A DNA stretch of 64,000 nt from Octopus sinensis (GCF_006345805.1 NC_043013.1:44144001-44208000); one strand, 5' to 3'. Counted from the stretch's first letter, positions 1 to 12,717 are shown. Program-made: numbers and translations. The notes: generated by a model not told the origin, from the letters alone.

Positions 1-317
1 CCACTGCATGGCACCTTGGGCAAGTGTCTTCTACTATAGCCTCAGTCCAACCAAAGCCTTGTGAGTGGATTTGGTAGACAGAAACTAAAAGAAGCCCATC
101 GTATATATGTATATATATGTATGTATATAAGTATGTGTGTGTGTCTGTGTTTGTCTTCCCAACATCACTTGACAACCGATGCTGGTGTTTACGTCCTCAT
201 AACTTAGCGGTTCGGCAAAAGAGACCGATTACTAGGCTTACAAAGATAAAGTCCTGGGGTCGATTTGCATGACTATCCAGCATGGCCACAGCCACATGAC
301 TGAAACAAGTAAAAGAG
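1..317 (+). mobile_element. tRNA-derived SINE family A (CORE/OR-like), 5' end outside window
   Basis: Family body ccttgggcaagtgtcttctactatagcc...gtgagtggatttggtaga and tail catggccacag..atgactgaaacaagtaaaagag; more than 20 related copies in the window. Confidence 0.9.
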
Positions 318-336
318 TTATATATATATATATATA

Positions 337-475
337 TCATCATCGTCATCTAATGTCTGTTTCCATGCTGGCATGGGTTGGACTGTTTGACTGGGACTGA
401 TAAGGCCTGGGGCCACACCAGGCTCCATTGTCTATTCTGGCATAGTTTCTATAGCTGGATGCCATTCCAAACACC
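337..475 (-). mobile_element. Family C retroposon with RTE-like 3' tail, truncated
   Basis: catcatcgtc..tttccatgctggcatgggttgg..ctggatgcc motif and (CAT)n tail, same as 18415 and 52278. Confidence 0.75.
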
Positions 476-511
476 AATATATATATAAAGATAGATACAT
501 AGATACATACA

Positions 512-565
<54 letters not shown>

Positions 566-1045
566 TGTATGTATGTATATGTATATATATGTATTGTGTG
601 TGTGTCACAGACACAAACAAGCTAACACACCATTTCATCAACATTTTTGCATGCACTTCTGTTTGCTTGTATTGGTCATAAAAAGCATCAAACATTTAAG
701 GCAATTTTTCTACAGCCAGAAACCCTTCATGTTACCAACCCCCACTTCTTTCCAAGCAAAGTAATAATATATCCCGGAATGCATCAAACAATGAACACCT
801 CAGGCTTGCTTTCATGGTTGACTGCAGACAAATGATACCATTGTATGAAAGATGGGGACTTTTGTTTACAATCACTGTATACTCATGCAATAACCTGTGA
901 GGGACTTTCAACTCAGTTACACACTCAAGCATGCACGTATAGGATGGGCTTCTTCCAGTTACTTATTTTACTTACATGGTATTAGGGTTCCTGCATTCCT
1001 ATTGTGGAATGCACCAACCAGCAGCATCCATGCAGTGGAACCAAC

Positions 1046-1250
1046 TTATTTCTTTACTACCCACAAGGGGCTAAACACAGAGGGGACAAACAAGGACAGA
1101 CAAACGGATTAAGTCAATTACATCGACCCCAGTGCGTAACTGGTACTTAATTTATCGATCCCGAAAGGATGAAAGGTAAAGTCGACCTTGGCGGAATTTG
1201 AACTCAGAACGTAACAGCAGACAAAATAAGGCTACGCATTGCGCCTGCCA
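1046..1250 (-). mobile_element. tRNA-derived SINE family B (OK-like)
   Basis: Reverse complement of gttctgagttcaaattccgcc.aggtcgactt..cctttcatcctttcgg...gtttagccccttgtggg. Confidence 0.85.
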
Positions 1251-2822
1251 TGTGGTTTAGAAGAATGAACTTCTTAAATACACAGCTATGCTTGCACCTG
1301 TTCTTACACATGTACACACACACACACACACAATCTTTGAATGGTGATTCTTATGTTCTTGATAATTTTGTAAGAATTAGTGGAGTACCACTGATATTGT
1401 TTGTCTCCTGTTATTATTTCGAATCTACACACATGTGTGTGGATGTGTGTGTGATAATCATCTTCGTCGTCATCACTATCATCATCATTTTCCATACTGG
1501 CATAGGTTGGGCACTTTGACAGGAAATGGCTAGCCCAAAGAGCTGCACCAGGCTCCAATTGTATGGTTTCTATCCCCTGGTTCATTGGGCCCTGCCGAAT
1601 TTTCCAACCCAGGGTTGCATGGAAGATAGATGTTAAATGATGATGATGGTGGTGGTATGAAGAAGAAGAAGAAGAGGAGGAGTAGGAGGGGAGGCCAAGG
1701 AGGAGGATATACAGAAACAAAACAAGTGTACCACATATTTTGGAAGCCATGAGAGCTTATGAAAATCCTGTCACAATGTGGAGCTCCACAGCGCAAAATA
1801 TATCCTCTTATTGCTATCCACATGACACAAAAGTCAATGGAAAAATAGGCTCTGCTATATAGAGCTCCTTGTTACAGCAAGATTTTTCAGGGGCCCAGTG
1901 CTTCTCCAGCTTGGAAGATACCCATGTATATTGGCTACTTAAAACAGGCATGCATTTACATGTGCCAGAATATTTGCACATTGATTTAGCTTTGGTTATA
2001 TTTTCATTGTTCCGATCAGTATATGCACGCGTGTCTGTGTATATGCATTATGGATCATTTATGGGTAACATGTAATCTAGTACTTATGTGGTTGGGTCAA
2101 GGACAACTAAACCAGCACTTGCACCAGACTAGCTTGCCGAAAGTCGCTAGGAAGCTTGGAGGGCAAGCGCAAGACTTGTCAAGAAGACAGTTGGACGTAC
2201 TTGGCATAGCTGTGAGGACCCGCAGAAATACTTGAAATGATGAATGAACACATTGTAAGACTACTGGGCCTCGTGGCTAGACTTGTACTAATCTTGATGC
2301 GGACAGTTTTTCCTGGAGGTACTCTTAATAAAAAAAAGAAAGCTTTGTAGGTCAAGCGGGGAAACCCTTTTATTTGTAACCATTTGTAATAAAGATCTTA
2401 ACAGCTGCTTTTGTTTCTGGTGATTTTAACATTTGATCAAGTTAGGCAGTATGGAGCTGTGCAAACCATATATTTTTTACTTTCATTTTGAATTCTTAGA
2501 TCTTATCTATCCACAGGTGTTGTCTGTTAACATAGATGTCACTTAGGGGGACATTAACAAGCAATACTCCCTCCTCCCATGACACACACACACACACACA
2601 TTTATATTCATTCTGATAGTTCACACACCAAATTTCTTGTATATATGCATTCATAGACATACATATGTGTTTGTTTAAGTGCATGAATGAACACATACAC
2701 ACACACACACACACACAAAAGGAAATCTAAGCTCTGCTTACATGTAAGAACTACTTTTTCTTCCACTTAAATACCCTAATACATACATACATGCATGCAC
2801 ACAAAATGATGACAAGGACATG

Positions 2823-2853
<31 letters not shown>

Positions 2854-2888
2854 ATGTGTGGGTGTATGCTTGCCCGCATGCGTGCATG

Positions 2889-2922
<34 letters not shown>

Positions 2923-4354
2923 TATGACGAGATTTCTCACTGTAAAATTCTTTTTAGGAAATTATGTCATATTTAGCCTGAGAGCATGTATCTTCAATGT
3001 GAAGGTTAGTCAAAGAAACAAGAGCTACTATGCCTTCAGTAACGAAAACATTTATATATCATTAATAGACTTTTTAAAGAAGTTTTTTTTTTGTTATTGT
3101 TGTTTGAATAGCACTCCATTTAACAGCTTTTTTCTGAGCTGTCTGTTTCAATACTTAACTTACTGTTATCTTAATTAATGCAGGGAGTACAAAAAAGCTA
3201 ACTAGAAATAAATATGCAGTGATGGCAAATATATATATATATATTAGTCAGTGTCTAATGTTTTTGATTCTTTTTTTCAGTGGATATGGAAGACAACTCT
3301 TGATATGTTCAGCCTTATACTGACTTCATCAGTGAAATATTGTTTTCACAGTATTGTTGAAATATTGATAGAAGAACCGCTAAGTTAATGTGCAAAATAG
3401 TTCGTTGATTGACATTAGTAAATAGATTTGTTTATAAAATTCATAATTCATTTACACGAAAGAAAACAAAACAATGGTTAAGTTAATGTAAATATATTCA
3501 ATGTACCAGATATTAAAAAAAACAAACTAGAAATATTTATGTGCTGCAAGAAAAACAAAAAAAAGAAACCAAGAAACATTAGCCAATGACATTACTCTAC
3601 TGTGCTGGGAGGATATACATATTTTAAATGGTTCTATGGGTCTAAAGAAGGAAACAAAGAAACCACAGCACCAAATTTTTGTATATCATCAGGTTACCCT
3701 TGATCAAGAGACCTATGAGCAAAGGCATTCCGATCCTGACCATTTTGTCTTTTGGTGGGTATGTCTAGAACTACATTATCCAATGTGTTCTTACCTTACT
3801 AGAGTGTGATTTTGAGGACGATTTGACTGCTATTTCTTACATATCAAGTGACCATGTAGAAGCTCTCTCTACAACTCATATACAGTAATAACTCTACAAT
3901 AACATAGGCTATGGGACATTTCTTGTTTCCCAAAATGAATTTTTGGGGTTTTTACCCAGGCTGCTTTGACACTTCACCTGTGATGTGAATTATTTTGGAA
4001 CTTCTGTAACCTTATAGTTAAGATGCTTAATTATTAAGTCACAGACCCTCCAAACACACAAACTTTTACAAAACTTTAACATCCTGTGCTAACAGGGGAG
4101 CGTGCAAACACTCACTTGGCCTAACAGAAATCATCACGGCTTATCTGGGAGTAAACAACATCTACCAAGAAAGTTTTCATCAGTGTAGTGGGTCTTAGGA
4201 CAAATTGCCTTATTTCATATGCCTTGCTCTTGCCATCACCATCATTATCATTAAAGGAGAGAACAGAGACTGTTGCTTTTTTTAATTTGTCATCTTCATA
4301 GTTTGTCACTTCTTCACATCATCGATTGCCACTTCTCATTGGTTATCATCTCTT

Positions 4355-5138
4355 GGGTAAGCTGGCAGAAACGTTAGCATGCCGGGCGAAATGCGTAGCT
4401 GTATTTCGTCTGCTGTTACGTTCTGAGTTCAAATTCCACCGAGGTCAACTTTGCCTTTCATCCTTTTGGGGTCGATAAATTAAGTACCAGTTACGCACTG
4501 GGGTCGATATAATCGACTTAATCCATTTGTCTGTTCTTGTTTGTCCTCTCTGTGTTTAGCCCCTTGTGGGTAGTAAAGAAATAGGTATTTCGTCTGCCGC
4601 TACATTCTGAGTTCAAATTCCACCGAGGTCAACTTTGCCTTTCATCCTTTCAGGGTCGATAAATTAAGTACCAGTTAGGCACTGGGGTCAATATAATCGA
4701 CTTAATCCATTTGTCTGTTCTTGTTTGTCCTCTCTGTGTTTAGCCCCTTGTGGGTAGTAAAGAAATAGGTATTTCGTCTGCCGCTACATTCTGAGTTCAA
4801 ATTCCACCGAGGTCAACTTTGCCCTTCATCCTTTCGGGGTCGATAAATTAAGTACCAGTTACGCACTGGGGTCGATATAATCGACTTAATCCATTTGTCT
4901 GTTCTTGTTTGTCCTCTCTGTGTTTAGCCCCTTGAGGGTAGTAAAGAAATAGGTATTTCGTCTGTCGTTACGTTCTGAGTTCAAATTCCACCGAGGTCAA
5001 CTTTGCCTTTCATCCTTTTGGGGTCGATAAATTAAGTACCAGTTACGCACTGGGGTCGATGTAATCGACTTAATCCCTTTGTCTGACCTTGTTTGTCCCT
5101 TCTGTGTTTAGCCCCTTGTGGGTAGTAAAGAAATAGGT
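4355..5138 (+). mobile_element. SINE family B head followed by 4 tandem 184-bp body units
   Basis: gaggtcaact at 4441, 4625, 4809, 4993 (period 184); only the first unit has the gctggcagaaacgttagc head. Confidence 0.92.
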
Positions 5139-5738
5139 TATCATCTCTTCCTTATTGATAACATTGCTCATAGCAGCCATTATCAACATTCTTCTTACCA
5201 TGGTCAATATCCTGATTATTGTCATATCCATTGCTATCACCACTGTCATTGCCGTCCTCACCGCCACCAGTATCATCATTATCATCATCACCAGCAACAA
5301 CAACAGTTCTTGTTTATCTAAACAGGTTAACATGACATTGCCTTACATTGTGTTGAGTTTATATACACCAAGGCACTATTGTATACATGTACATCTACTT
5401 ACATATTTGTACTGAAGTAACTGCACTCCATACTCATAAACATATAGACACACACACCCATATACATGTACACATACACACTTGTACAAGGTACATTCAA
5501 AAAGTATGATTTTTTTTTTCCCCACCACAACTAATGCCACATGGGCAAAATCCTGTGGGTGAGAGGTGATACCACTCTTCCTGCACACACATGGAAACTT
5601 TTGTGCTGGTAAGCTGCGTCAGTTCCCAGCTGTTACGCCTAGATTACAGGCTTATAGTGTGCACTCGTCAGATTTTTGTTTTCACTGAATGTTTCAAGCA
5701 GAGATATTGCATCAAGTTTTACCAAAAGCTTGGTGATA

Positions 5739-6225
5739 CCGTAAATCCTTAGGTATGATCCACATTTTCCCCCCAAAATTTAAAGGTTAAAATCCCTAGT
5801 GCGTACTATTTACGAGGTTAAAAATGAAAAAATATTTTCTAAGCAATGTCCGAGTCTCTATTTGCTGTCTGGCAATGTTTATTCAGACGTATTTTGTGAT
5901 GTCGGGCACAAAAATACCTTAAGCTAAGCCTGAAAGCAATGAAGTCATCCGTAACTTGCAGTAACCAACATTTATTAAACTTTATCACTGTTATTTCTTT
6001 ATTTTCTGCAAACAAAATGCACAAAAAAGCAACACGTCTGCATTATGTTATATATACAATAATAATAGAGAACGTTACTGTATACAGTTTTTCAAACCAA
6101 TGACATTATATAGACCTCCTTGACTCAAGTTAGAGAAAGGGTGCATATTATACACAAGGTTTAGGTTTTTCTTAAAGTCCCCTGCGTATTATACTCAAGG
6201 GCGGACTATACTCGAAGATTTACGG
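5739..6225. mobile_element. pogo/Tc1-like MITE nested in the mariner ORF
   Basis: Imperfect TIRs ccgtaaatcc.. / ..gatttacgg with TA at 5737-5738 and 6226-6227; removal restores ggt gat act caa gct (GDTQA). Confidence 0.88.
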
Positions 6226-6561
6226 TACTCAAGCTCAAACTATCCAACAGATTCAGCAGGCCTTTAGTGATGGTGTGATGGGCAAAACTCAAATGAAGGA
6301 GTGGTACTGCCACTTCAAACATGGCTGCATCTCTGGAAACCAAGTCACACTCAGGCAGGCCATCCACAAGCTGAAATGAAGAACCAATTGAGACAGTTCA
6401 GTGAATAATCACGGAAGACTGTTATGTAACAATCCAGGAAATTGCTCACGAAGTAGGAATAAGCACAGGGTCAGTGCATTCCATTTTAATGGAGGAATTG
6501 TGCATGCAGAAAGTGTTGGCTAAAGTTTTCCCTCAAAGTGCTAGCAGAGCAGCAGAAACAA

Positions 6562-6814
6562 GGGGGTAGTGGCAACCCTGTAGTACTCTTTCACTCCAAC
6601 ATTCTCTCACTCTTTCTTCTTGTTTCTTGTCCCCGACTTCCTACGCAACCGCTGAGCCTGGATGCGCATTCATCCATCCGTCGATGCTCTCGGTGTCGGG
6701 GGTTGACCTGTTTTCTCTTTTGCGGGTCTTACAAATAGCAAAGGACCACGTTTCGGACTTCTCCCATCTTGCGAGCTCTGGGACGAAGACCGTTCGCTCA
6801 ACAGAAACAGCAAC
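6562..6814 (+). mobile_element. Unclassified 253-bp retroposon nested in the mariner ORF
   Basis: Perfect 14-bp TSD agcagcagaaacaa (6548-6561 and 6815-6828); short AACAG-like tail. Confidence 0.85.
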
Positions 6815-7220
6815 AGCAGCAGAAACAATTCCACATGTAGGACATGCTGGATCATGCAAACAATGACTCGGACTTCATGAAGAACATCACCACTGGTAAT
6901 GAGACATGGGCTTGTGGTCTCTGCTTGCTGTGTTCCCTCATCTTGTGTGAAAGTGAAAATCTGATGAGTGTGCACTACATGTCTGTACTCTGGGTACAAC
7001 AGCTGGGAACTGATGAGGCCTAGCAGCATGAAAACTTTTATACACGTGCAGGAAGGATGGTGTCATCTCCCACCCAGAGGATTTTGCCCACACAGTATTA
7101 GTTTTGGCAGGAAAAATAAAGTTAGATACTACTTTTAGTACACACCGCATATGTGCATACACACACATACTCAAAATAAGTTAATGACTGAATCTAAGAA
7201 ATGCACATCCATTCACTTAT

Positions 7221-7268
<48 letters not shown>

Positions 7269-7555
7269 TTATAAAAAAAAAGAGAGACTCTCCATATCAG
7301 ACTACCTTCCTCATCCCACTTCAAGTTTCTTCTCTTACGGTTCATTTAGCAGTTAATTCAATATCAGAATTTGGACACACCCTACATTATTGGAAGGGAA
7401 GGAATTCGTTCCAAGTCTGAAACTGAGTAGTGGGAGTAGCAGTAAGCAGCAGCAGTAATGATTGCAGGAATACTTGTAGTCTTGGTGATGTTGTAGTGAT
7501 GGTGGTAAAGATAATGTTTGCAGTGGCAGTACAATTACTTCCACCAATAGGCGTA

Positions 7556-7744
7556 GGAGTGGCTGTGTGGTAAGTAGCTTGCTTACCAACCACTTGGTTC
7601 CAGGTTCAGTCCCACTGTGTGGCACCTCGGGCAAGCCTTGTGAGTGGATCTGGTAGACGGAAACTGAAAGAAGCCCATCGACTAAAAGCGATGCTCCAGC
7701 ATGGCCACAGTCAAATGACTGAAACAAGTAAAAGAGTAAAAGAG
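7556..7744 (+). mobile_element. SINE family A, internally deleted
   Basis: A box tggctgtgtgg, B box gttcagtcc; body joined directly to tail. Confidence 0.85.
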
Positions 7745-7829
7745 CAATAGTGGTGGAAATAATTGTATCATTGGTACCTCACCTGAAACTGCTGGCTTTG
7801 TGCCAAAATTTGAAACCATTATCATTATT

Positions 7830-8335
7830 ATTTTATTGTCTTTGCGCAGCTTCTAACACTAGTGTCAGCTGTTCACGACTAGTGAACTAAGGAAATACCC
7901 CTTATTTTTTGAGCACCATCCAGAGTATTCAAGCAGTTCTAAGCAGTGCTGTTTTCTGCAAGTGCTCCACCCATATTGCAGCCCCTATTTGTTCCATGTA
8001 CTTCTCATGAATTTTCTCAGTTCCCAGGGCTCCACCAATTATTGGTACTACTACCACCTTTTTCAGCAACCACAACTGCTTAACCTCCCAAGCTAACCTG
8101 TTATATCTATCGACTTTTCTTTCTTCCTTATCACATAACTTGATGTCATCTGGGCATGCTATATCTATGATCCAGCATCATTTGCTTTCTTTCTCAATTA
8201 ACACAATGTCTGGTTTCCTATCTTCTGTCTCATGGTCACACTGAATCATAAAATCCAATAGGATATTTGCATTATCATATTCGATGTTGCTTTCAGGTTT
8301 ATGTTCATACCATTAGTATTATTATGAGTACATGA
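7830..8335 (-). pseudogene. 3' fragment of an R4/Dong-like non-LTR element (restriction-like endonuclease domain)
   Basis: Minus-strand translation WYEHKPES..IQCDHETEDRKPDIVLIEKESK*CWIIDIACPDD..VVVPIIGGALG..LQKTALLRTA; ends at a (TAA)n tract. Confidence 0.85.
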
Positions 8336-8454
8336 CCTGTCAATAAGGAAAAAACAATGCTACATAACTACCAGTTGAGTACTGGGGTTGATGTAATTGA
8401 CTAAGCCCCTCTCCTCAAATAGTGCCTATAATAGAAGAGATTATTATCATTATT

Positions 8455-8878
8455 AAGGTGATGAGCTGGCAGAATCATTAGCATGCTGGGCAGAAAATTT
8501 AGTGGCATTTCTTTCTGAGTTCAAATTCTGCTGGGGGTCAACATTACCTCTCGTCCTTTCGGGGTTAATATAATAAGTACCAATTGAGCACTGGGGTCTA
8601 GTTAACTGACTAGCACACTACCCCCAAAATTGTTAGCCTCGTGCCAAAATTTGAAACCACTATTACTATTGGCGAGCTGGCAGAATCGTGAGCATATCGG
8701 GCGAAATGCTTAGCGGTATTTCATATGCCGTTACGTTCTGAGTTCAAATTCCGCCGAGGTCGACTTTGCCTTTCATCCTTTCGGGGTCGATTAAGTAAGT
8801 AGCAGTTACGCACTGGGGTTGATATAATCGACTGGCTTCCTCCCCCAAAATTCGGGCCTTGTGCCTAGAGTAGAAAAG

Positions 8879-8880
<2 letters not shown>
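8455..8880 (+). mobile_element. Two adjacent SINE family B copies followed by a compound (ATT)(AGT)(AGC) microsatellite
   Basis: Heads gagctggcagaatc at about 8463 and 8674; central gcctttcatcctttcggggtcga. Confidence 0.8.
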
Positions 8881-8909
<29 letters not shown>

Positions 8910-9042
8910 GTAGTAGTAGTAGTAGTAGTAGCAGCAGCAGCAACAGCAGCAGCCGTAATGGTAGTTAGAAGGGCGGGATGTGCATGTGGAAGGATCTGCT
9001 TTCTTGCAGTGTTAGCAAGTACATTTATCTGCTTGGGTGGAC

Positions 9043-9073
<31 letters not shown>

Positions 9074-9532
9074 CAAAGGGGAGAGAGAGAGAGAGAGCAA
9101 AGGGGAGAGAGAGAGATGGAGAGAGGGGGTGGGTACCTGTTGTGTGTGTATGCATGCAGACAGAAATGTTTCTCTCCTCCCTTTTACACTGGTAAACAAA
9201 AAATGTTGGGTGTAAGGACGGATATCAGTGTTACTTTCCGGATGAATTGGTTGAAAAGTAACAATTATAAGCTACCCTACCAGAGCGTGGTATTTGTCTA
9301 TGGCTGCGTATGTATATGTATGTGTGTATTGGTGCTGTATGTGCGTATTGAGATGTGAGTATGCATGAATATGTGTGTATATGTACATATGTGTGTGTAT
9401 GTGGGCTTGCTTTGTCTATCTATCTATCTATCTATCTATCTACTTGTTTGTCCATCTATCTATCTATCTCTATCTCTCTGTTTGTGTGTCCATCCATTTA
9501 TCTGTCTGTTTGTCTATCTATCTATATTCATG

Positions 9533-9898
9533 TACTCTTGTACTTGTTTCAGTCATTTGACTGTAGCCATGCTGGAGCACCGCCTTTTAGTAGAAGCAAA
9601 TCGATCCCAGGACTTATTCTTTGAAAGCCTAATACTTGTTCTATCGGTGTCTTTTGCCAAACTGCTAAGTTACAGGGGCGTAAACACACCACCATCAGTT
9701 GTCAAGCGATGGTGGGGGAACAAACACAGACACACAAACATATATATATACATATATACAACAGGCTTCCTTCAGTTTCCGTCAGCCCTAGGCTATAGTA
9801 GAAGACACTTGCCCAAGGTGCCACGCAGTGGGAATGAACCCGGAACACGGAACCATGTGGTTGGTAAGCAAGCTACATACCACACTGCCACTCCTGCC
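9533..9898 (-). mobile_element. SINE family A, near full length
   Basis: Reverse complement of head, body and tail. Confidence 0.9.
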
Positions 9899-10253
9899 AC
9901 TGTTTCTATCTTTTTTATTTATCTGTCTGTATGTATGTATGGCTATGAGTATGAATGGGTCATAAGAAAAGCATTCAGCCATAAAAACCCTATCCTTGTA
10001 AAAAAAGGGGAAAAATAAATTCAGGTGTTCTATGTTGCTGTGTATATGTCAGATGACAAAGGGCTGCAACAGGATGTGAGATGCATTCAAGATTTGTCCA
10101 ACCTATGTGAGCTTATCAAAATAGATGTAAGAGTGGTGACAATAACAATGATGTGGTGGCGATGGTGGTGGTGGTGTATGCCTCTGTAATTTAAAGCAAT
10201 TTTGATTTCATTCTCTTCTTCATAGAAGCTCAAGAACACAACACACTGTTATT

Positions 10254-10589
10254 TACATAGTGAAAATTTTGTCAGAACCCCAGATCTAGTTTTGTGCTGG
10301 GGGTTCTTCTCAGTTGCAGCCAGCACTAGCATGAGTCAAATTGCAAGAATTGATGATTTGTACCATGTCACCAGGACAGAAGCACTGTGCCCTTCGCAAA
10401 ACACTAAACCCACAGGTAGCTTAAGTCACCTAGCTACAACTCTTTACTCTTTTACTTGATTCAGTCATTTGACTGTGGCCATGCTGGATCACCGCCTTTT
10501 AGTCGAGCAAATTGACCCCAGGACTATCAGTCTCTTTTGCCAAACTGCTAAGTTATGGGGACGTAAACACAGACACACACATACATATA

Positions 10590-10628
<39 letters not shown>

Positions 10629-10997
10629 TATATATACACATATATAGATATATGACAGGCTTCTTTCAGTTTCTGTCTACCAAATCCACTCACAAGGCTC
10701 TGGTTAGCCTGAGGCTATAGTAGAAGACACTTGCCCAAAGTGCCACGCAGTGGGACTGAACCCGGAACCATGTGGTTCATAAGCAAGCTACTTACCACAC
10801 AGCCACTCCTATGCCTACATAATGAAAATTTTCTCAGAACCCAGCTCTAGTTTTGTGCTGGGGGTTCTTCTCAGCTGCAGCCGGCACTAGCATGAATCAA
10901 ATTGCAAGAATTGATGATTTGTACCATGTCACCAAGACTGACGCACTGTGCCCTTTACAAAACACTAAACTCACAGGTAGCTTAAGTCACCTAGCTA
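10254..10997. repeat. ~183-bp direct duplication (10254-10436 / 10816-10997) flanking a family A SINE
   Basis: Copies about 92% identical by eye and abut the SINE tail and head exactly. Confidence 0.9.
10437..10815 (-). mobile_element. SINE family A, full length
   Basis: Tail ctctttactcttttacttg through head cacacagccactcc. Confidence 0.92.
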
Positions 10998-12717
10998 TTG
11001 TTGTTGCTTTTATAAATCTCCCTTTGTCCATTCATTGGCTGTCAGATTATAGTGGGAATCACCATTGACTGAGGACTAGTGGTTCATATCTAATTACTAG
11101 TTCAGCATTGTGTCAAAGGCCAAAAGGCTTAACTTTAAAATGGCTTCATCTACCTTGTTTGAATAGGCTCTTGTTTTATTTTAGCTTGGGGTCAATCCTA
11201 ATTGCACAGACCTTTGATCAAAACTATGACTATTCTGTCTTTTTGCATATCAAGGACCACATTATTAAATGTGTCGCTCTTCATATAAAATAATAGGGTG
11301 TGGTTTGACAAAAATTTGGCTGCTATTTCTAGAACATCAAACGATAAGGTAGAAACACCCTTGTTAGCTCACGTTAAGTGGGGACTTTATAGCTAATAGA
11401 TCTCTGTATAATTGGTGAGTTTCCTGGTTGCATGCTGTTCTAAAACCTTATAGGTTTTAGGATCTACCATTGTTACTGCTCAATAAACCTTGTATCCACA
11501 CAAATATTTGTCTTATTTTAAGTTTTAGGGATGAGTCAGAAAGAATGATAATATCCATGACCTTATGCGTGGCCTCCAAGACAGCTGCAAAAAACAAGAA
11601 TAAACCTCAACCTCTGAGTTGCCGCAGTAGGAAAGCAATGCTTGCAACAGATTTGGCTCCCCTAAAAGCATCCAGGGGTGAAGGGGTTGGTGTTAAACTG
11701 GGCGTTGTACTAATCCTTCCTCTGATGATTAAGTCACATAAGACTGGTTTCTAAATTTTTTTATCACTGTAATTTCAAACAGGAATTTTCCCATGGCTTA
11801 AAAACTCCTTTATCAATAAGTAAACTGCTTAATCCCAAGTGAGAGGTGACTTCTGCTGAGTCAATTAGATTTACAAACTGACTTATAATTATGTCAGGGA
11901 ATAAACCATCAACAGTTTATATTTCTTATTGCAAGCTCCACCTATTGAACTCATATCCTGAACAACTGTCCACCAGCATACACATTTAAAAAAATGTTTT
12001 TATTCTATTTTTTTTTATGTGATTTAGTGAAGGGTAACAGGCACACTCGTTACCTTCACAAATTCCTTTCAGGACTAGTGAGACTGATATGGTTAATGTT
12101 CGGCTTGATTCCCTGTATTGGATGTCACAGATCTAATTTGCATCCAACTGCTGAAGACCACATATATGTAAAATCTGCAGTCACAGTAAGAATTAGCTGC
12201 TATACTCATTCAACCGTATCTTCAATTGCCTACGCTGACATGAGACTAAAACGGAGTTGTTGTGCACTCGGGTGTACATTTGTTAGCATGGGAAATAAGA
12301 ATTGCTTAACATCAGCATGTAATAGGATTTCTTACAAAGACTTAAGGAATTAAGGAAAAAGATTATGTAATGTTCTTGTCTTTTCCAAGTCATTAAGTTG
12401 TGTGAATTTAGTAAAATGGCTATGATTGAGAACTGAAACCAGATCCCGGATCAGTTAGTTCACCGGTGACTATTTTGTACTCATGTATGCATGAGGTATA
12501 TATCAAGCTGTAATTTCTGTCCATGACTGTGCATTCCTGAATCTCAGTACCCAACCTAGTTATAGTTTACTACTCTCCCTCCATCTCTCTCTCCTTTCTC
12601 CAAATGTGTGTGTGTGTGTGTGTTATAGATGCTTGCATGGCTGTGTAGTTAGGAATTTCACTTCCTAACCACACAGCCATGTAGTTTTGGGTGCAGTCCC
12701 ACTGTATAGCACCTTAA

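Larger units (their letters stand above)
5487..7149 (+). mobile_element. Defective mariner element with long inverted ends and two nested insertions
   Basis: TA-flanked ends. Joined remnants read KQRYCIKFYQKLGDT|QAQTIQQIQQAFSDGVMGKTQMKEWY..HSGRPSTS..VTIQEIAHEVGISTGSVHSILMEEL..EQQKQ|..DMLDHANNDSDFMKNITTGNETW (HTH plus first catalytic TGDETW-like motif), with stops and frameshifts. Confidence 0.88.

Noticed and set aside
2959-3390. Possible last two exons of a plus-strand gene (2959 or 2977-3005 spliced to 3281)
   Set aside because: Plausible splice sites, but alternative frames give unrelated unrecognised peptides; this cannot be supported without transcripts.
4121-4309. 62-aa minus-strand ORF ending VYSQISRDDFC* with a GTGAGT donor 5 nt downstream
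   Set aside because: No credible acceptor for the whole ORF, includes (GAT)-type low complexity, and the protein is not recognised; at most a short exon candidate.
12027-12060. Hairpin gtgaagggtaac..gttaccttcac, and tgtgcac-tcgg-gtgtaca near 12252
   Set aside because: Short stems are expected by chance in 64 kb, and there is no RNA family motif.
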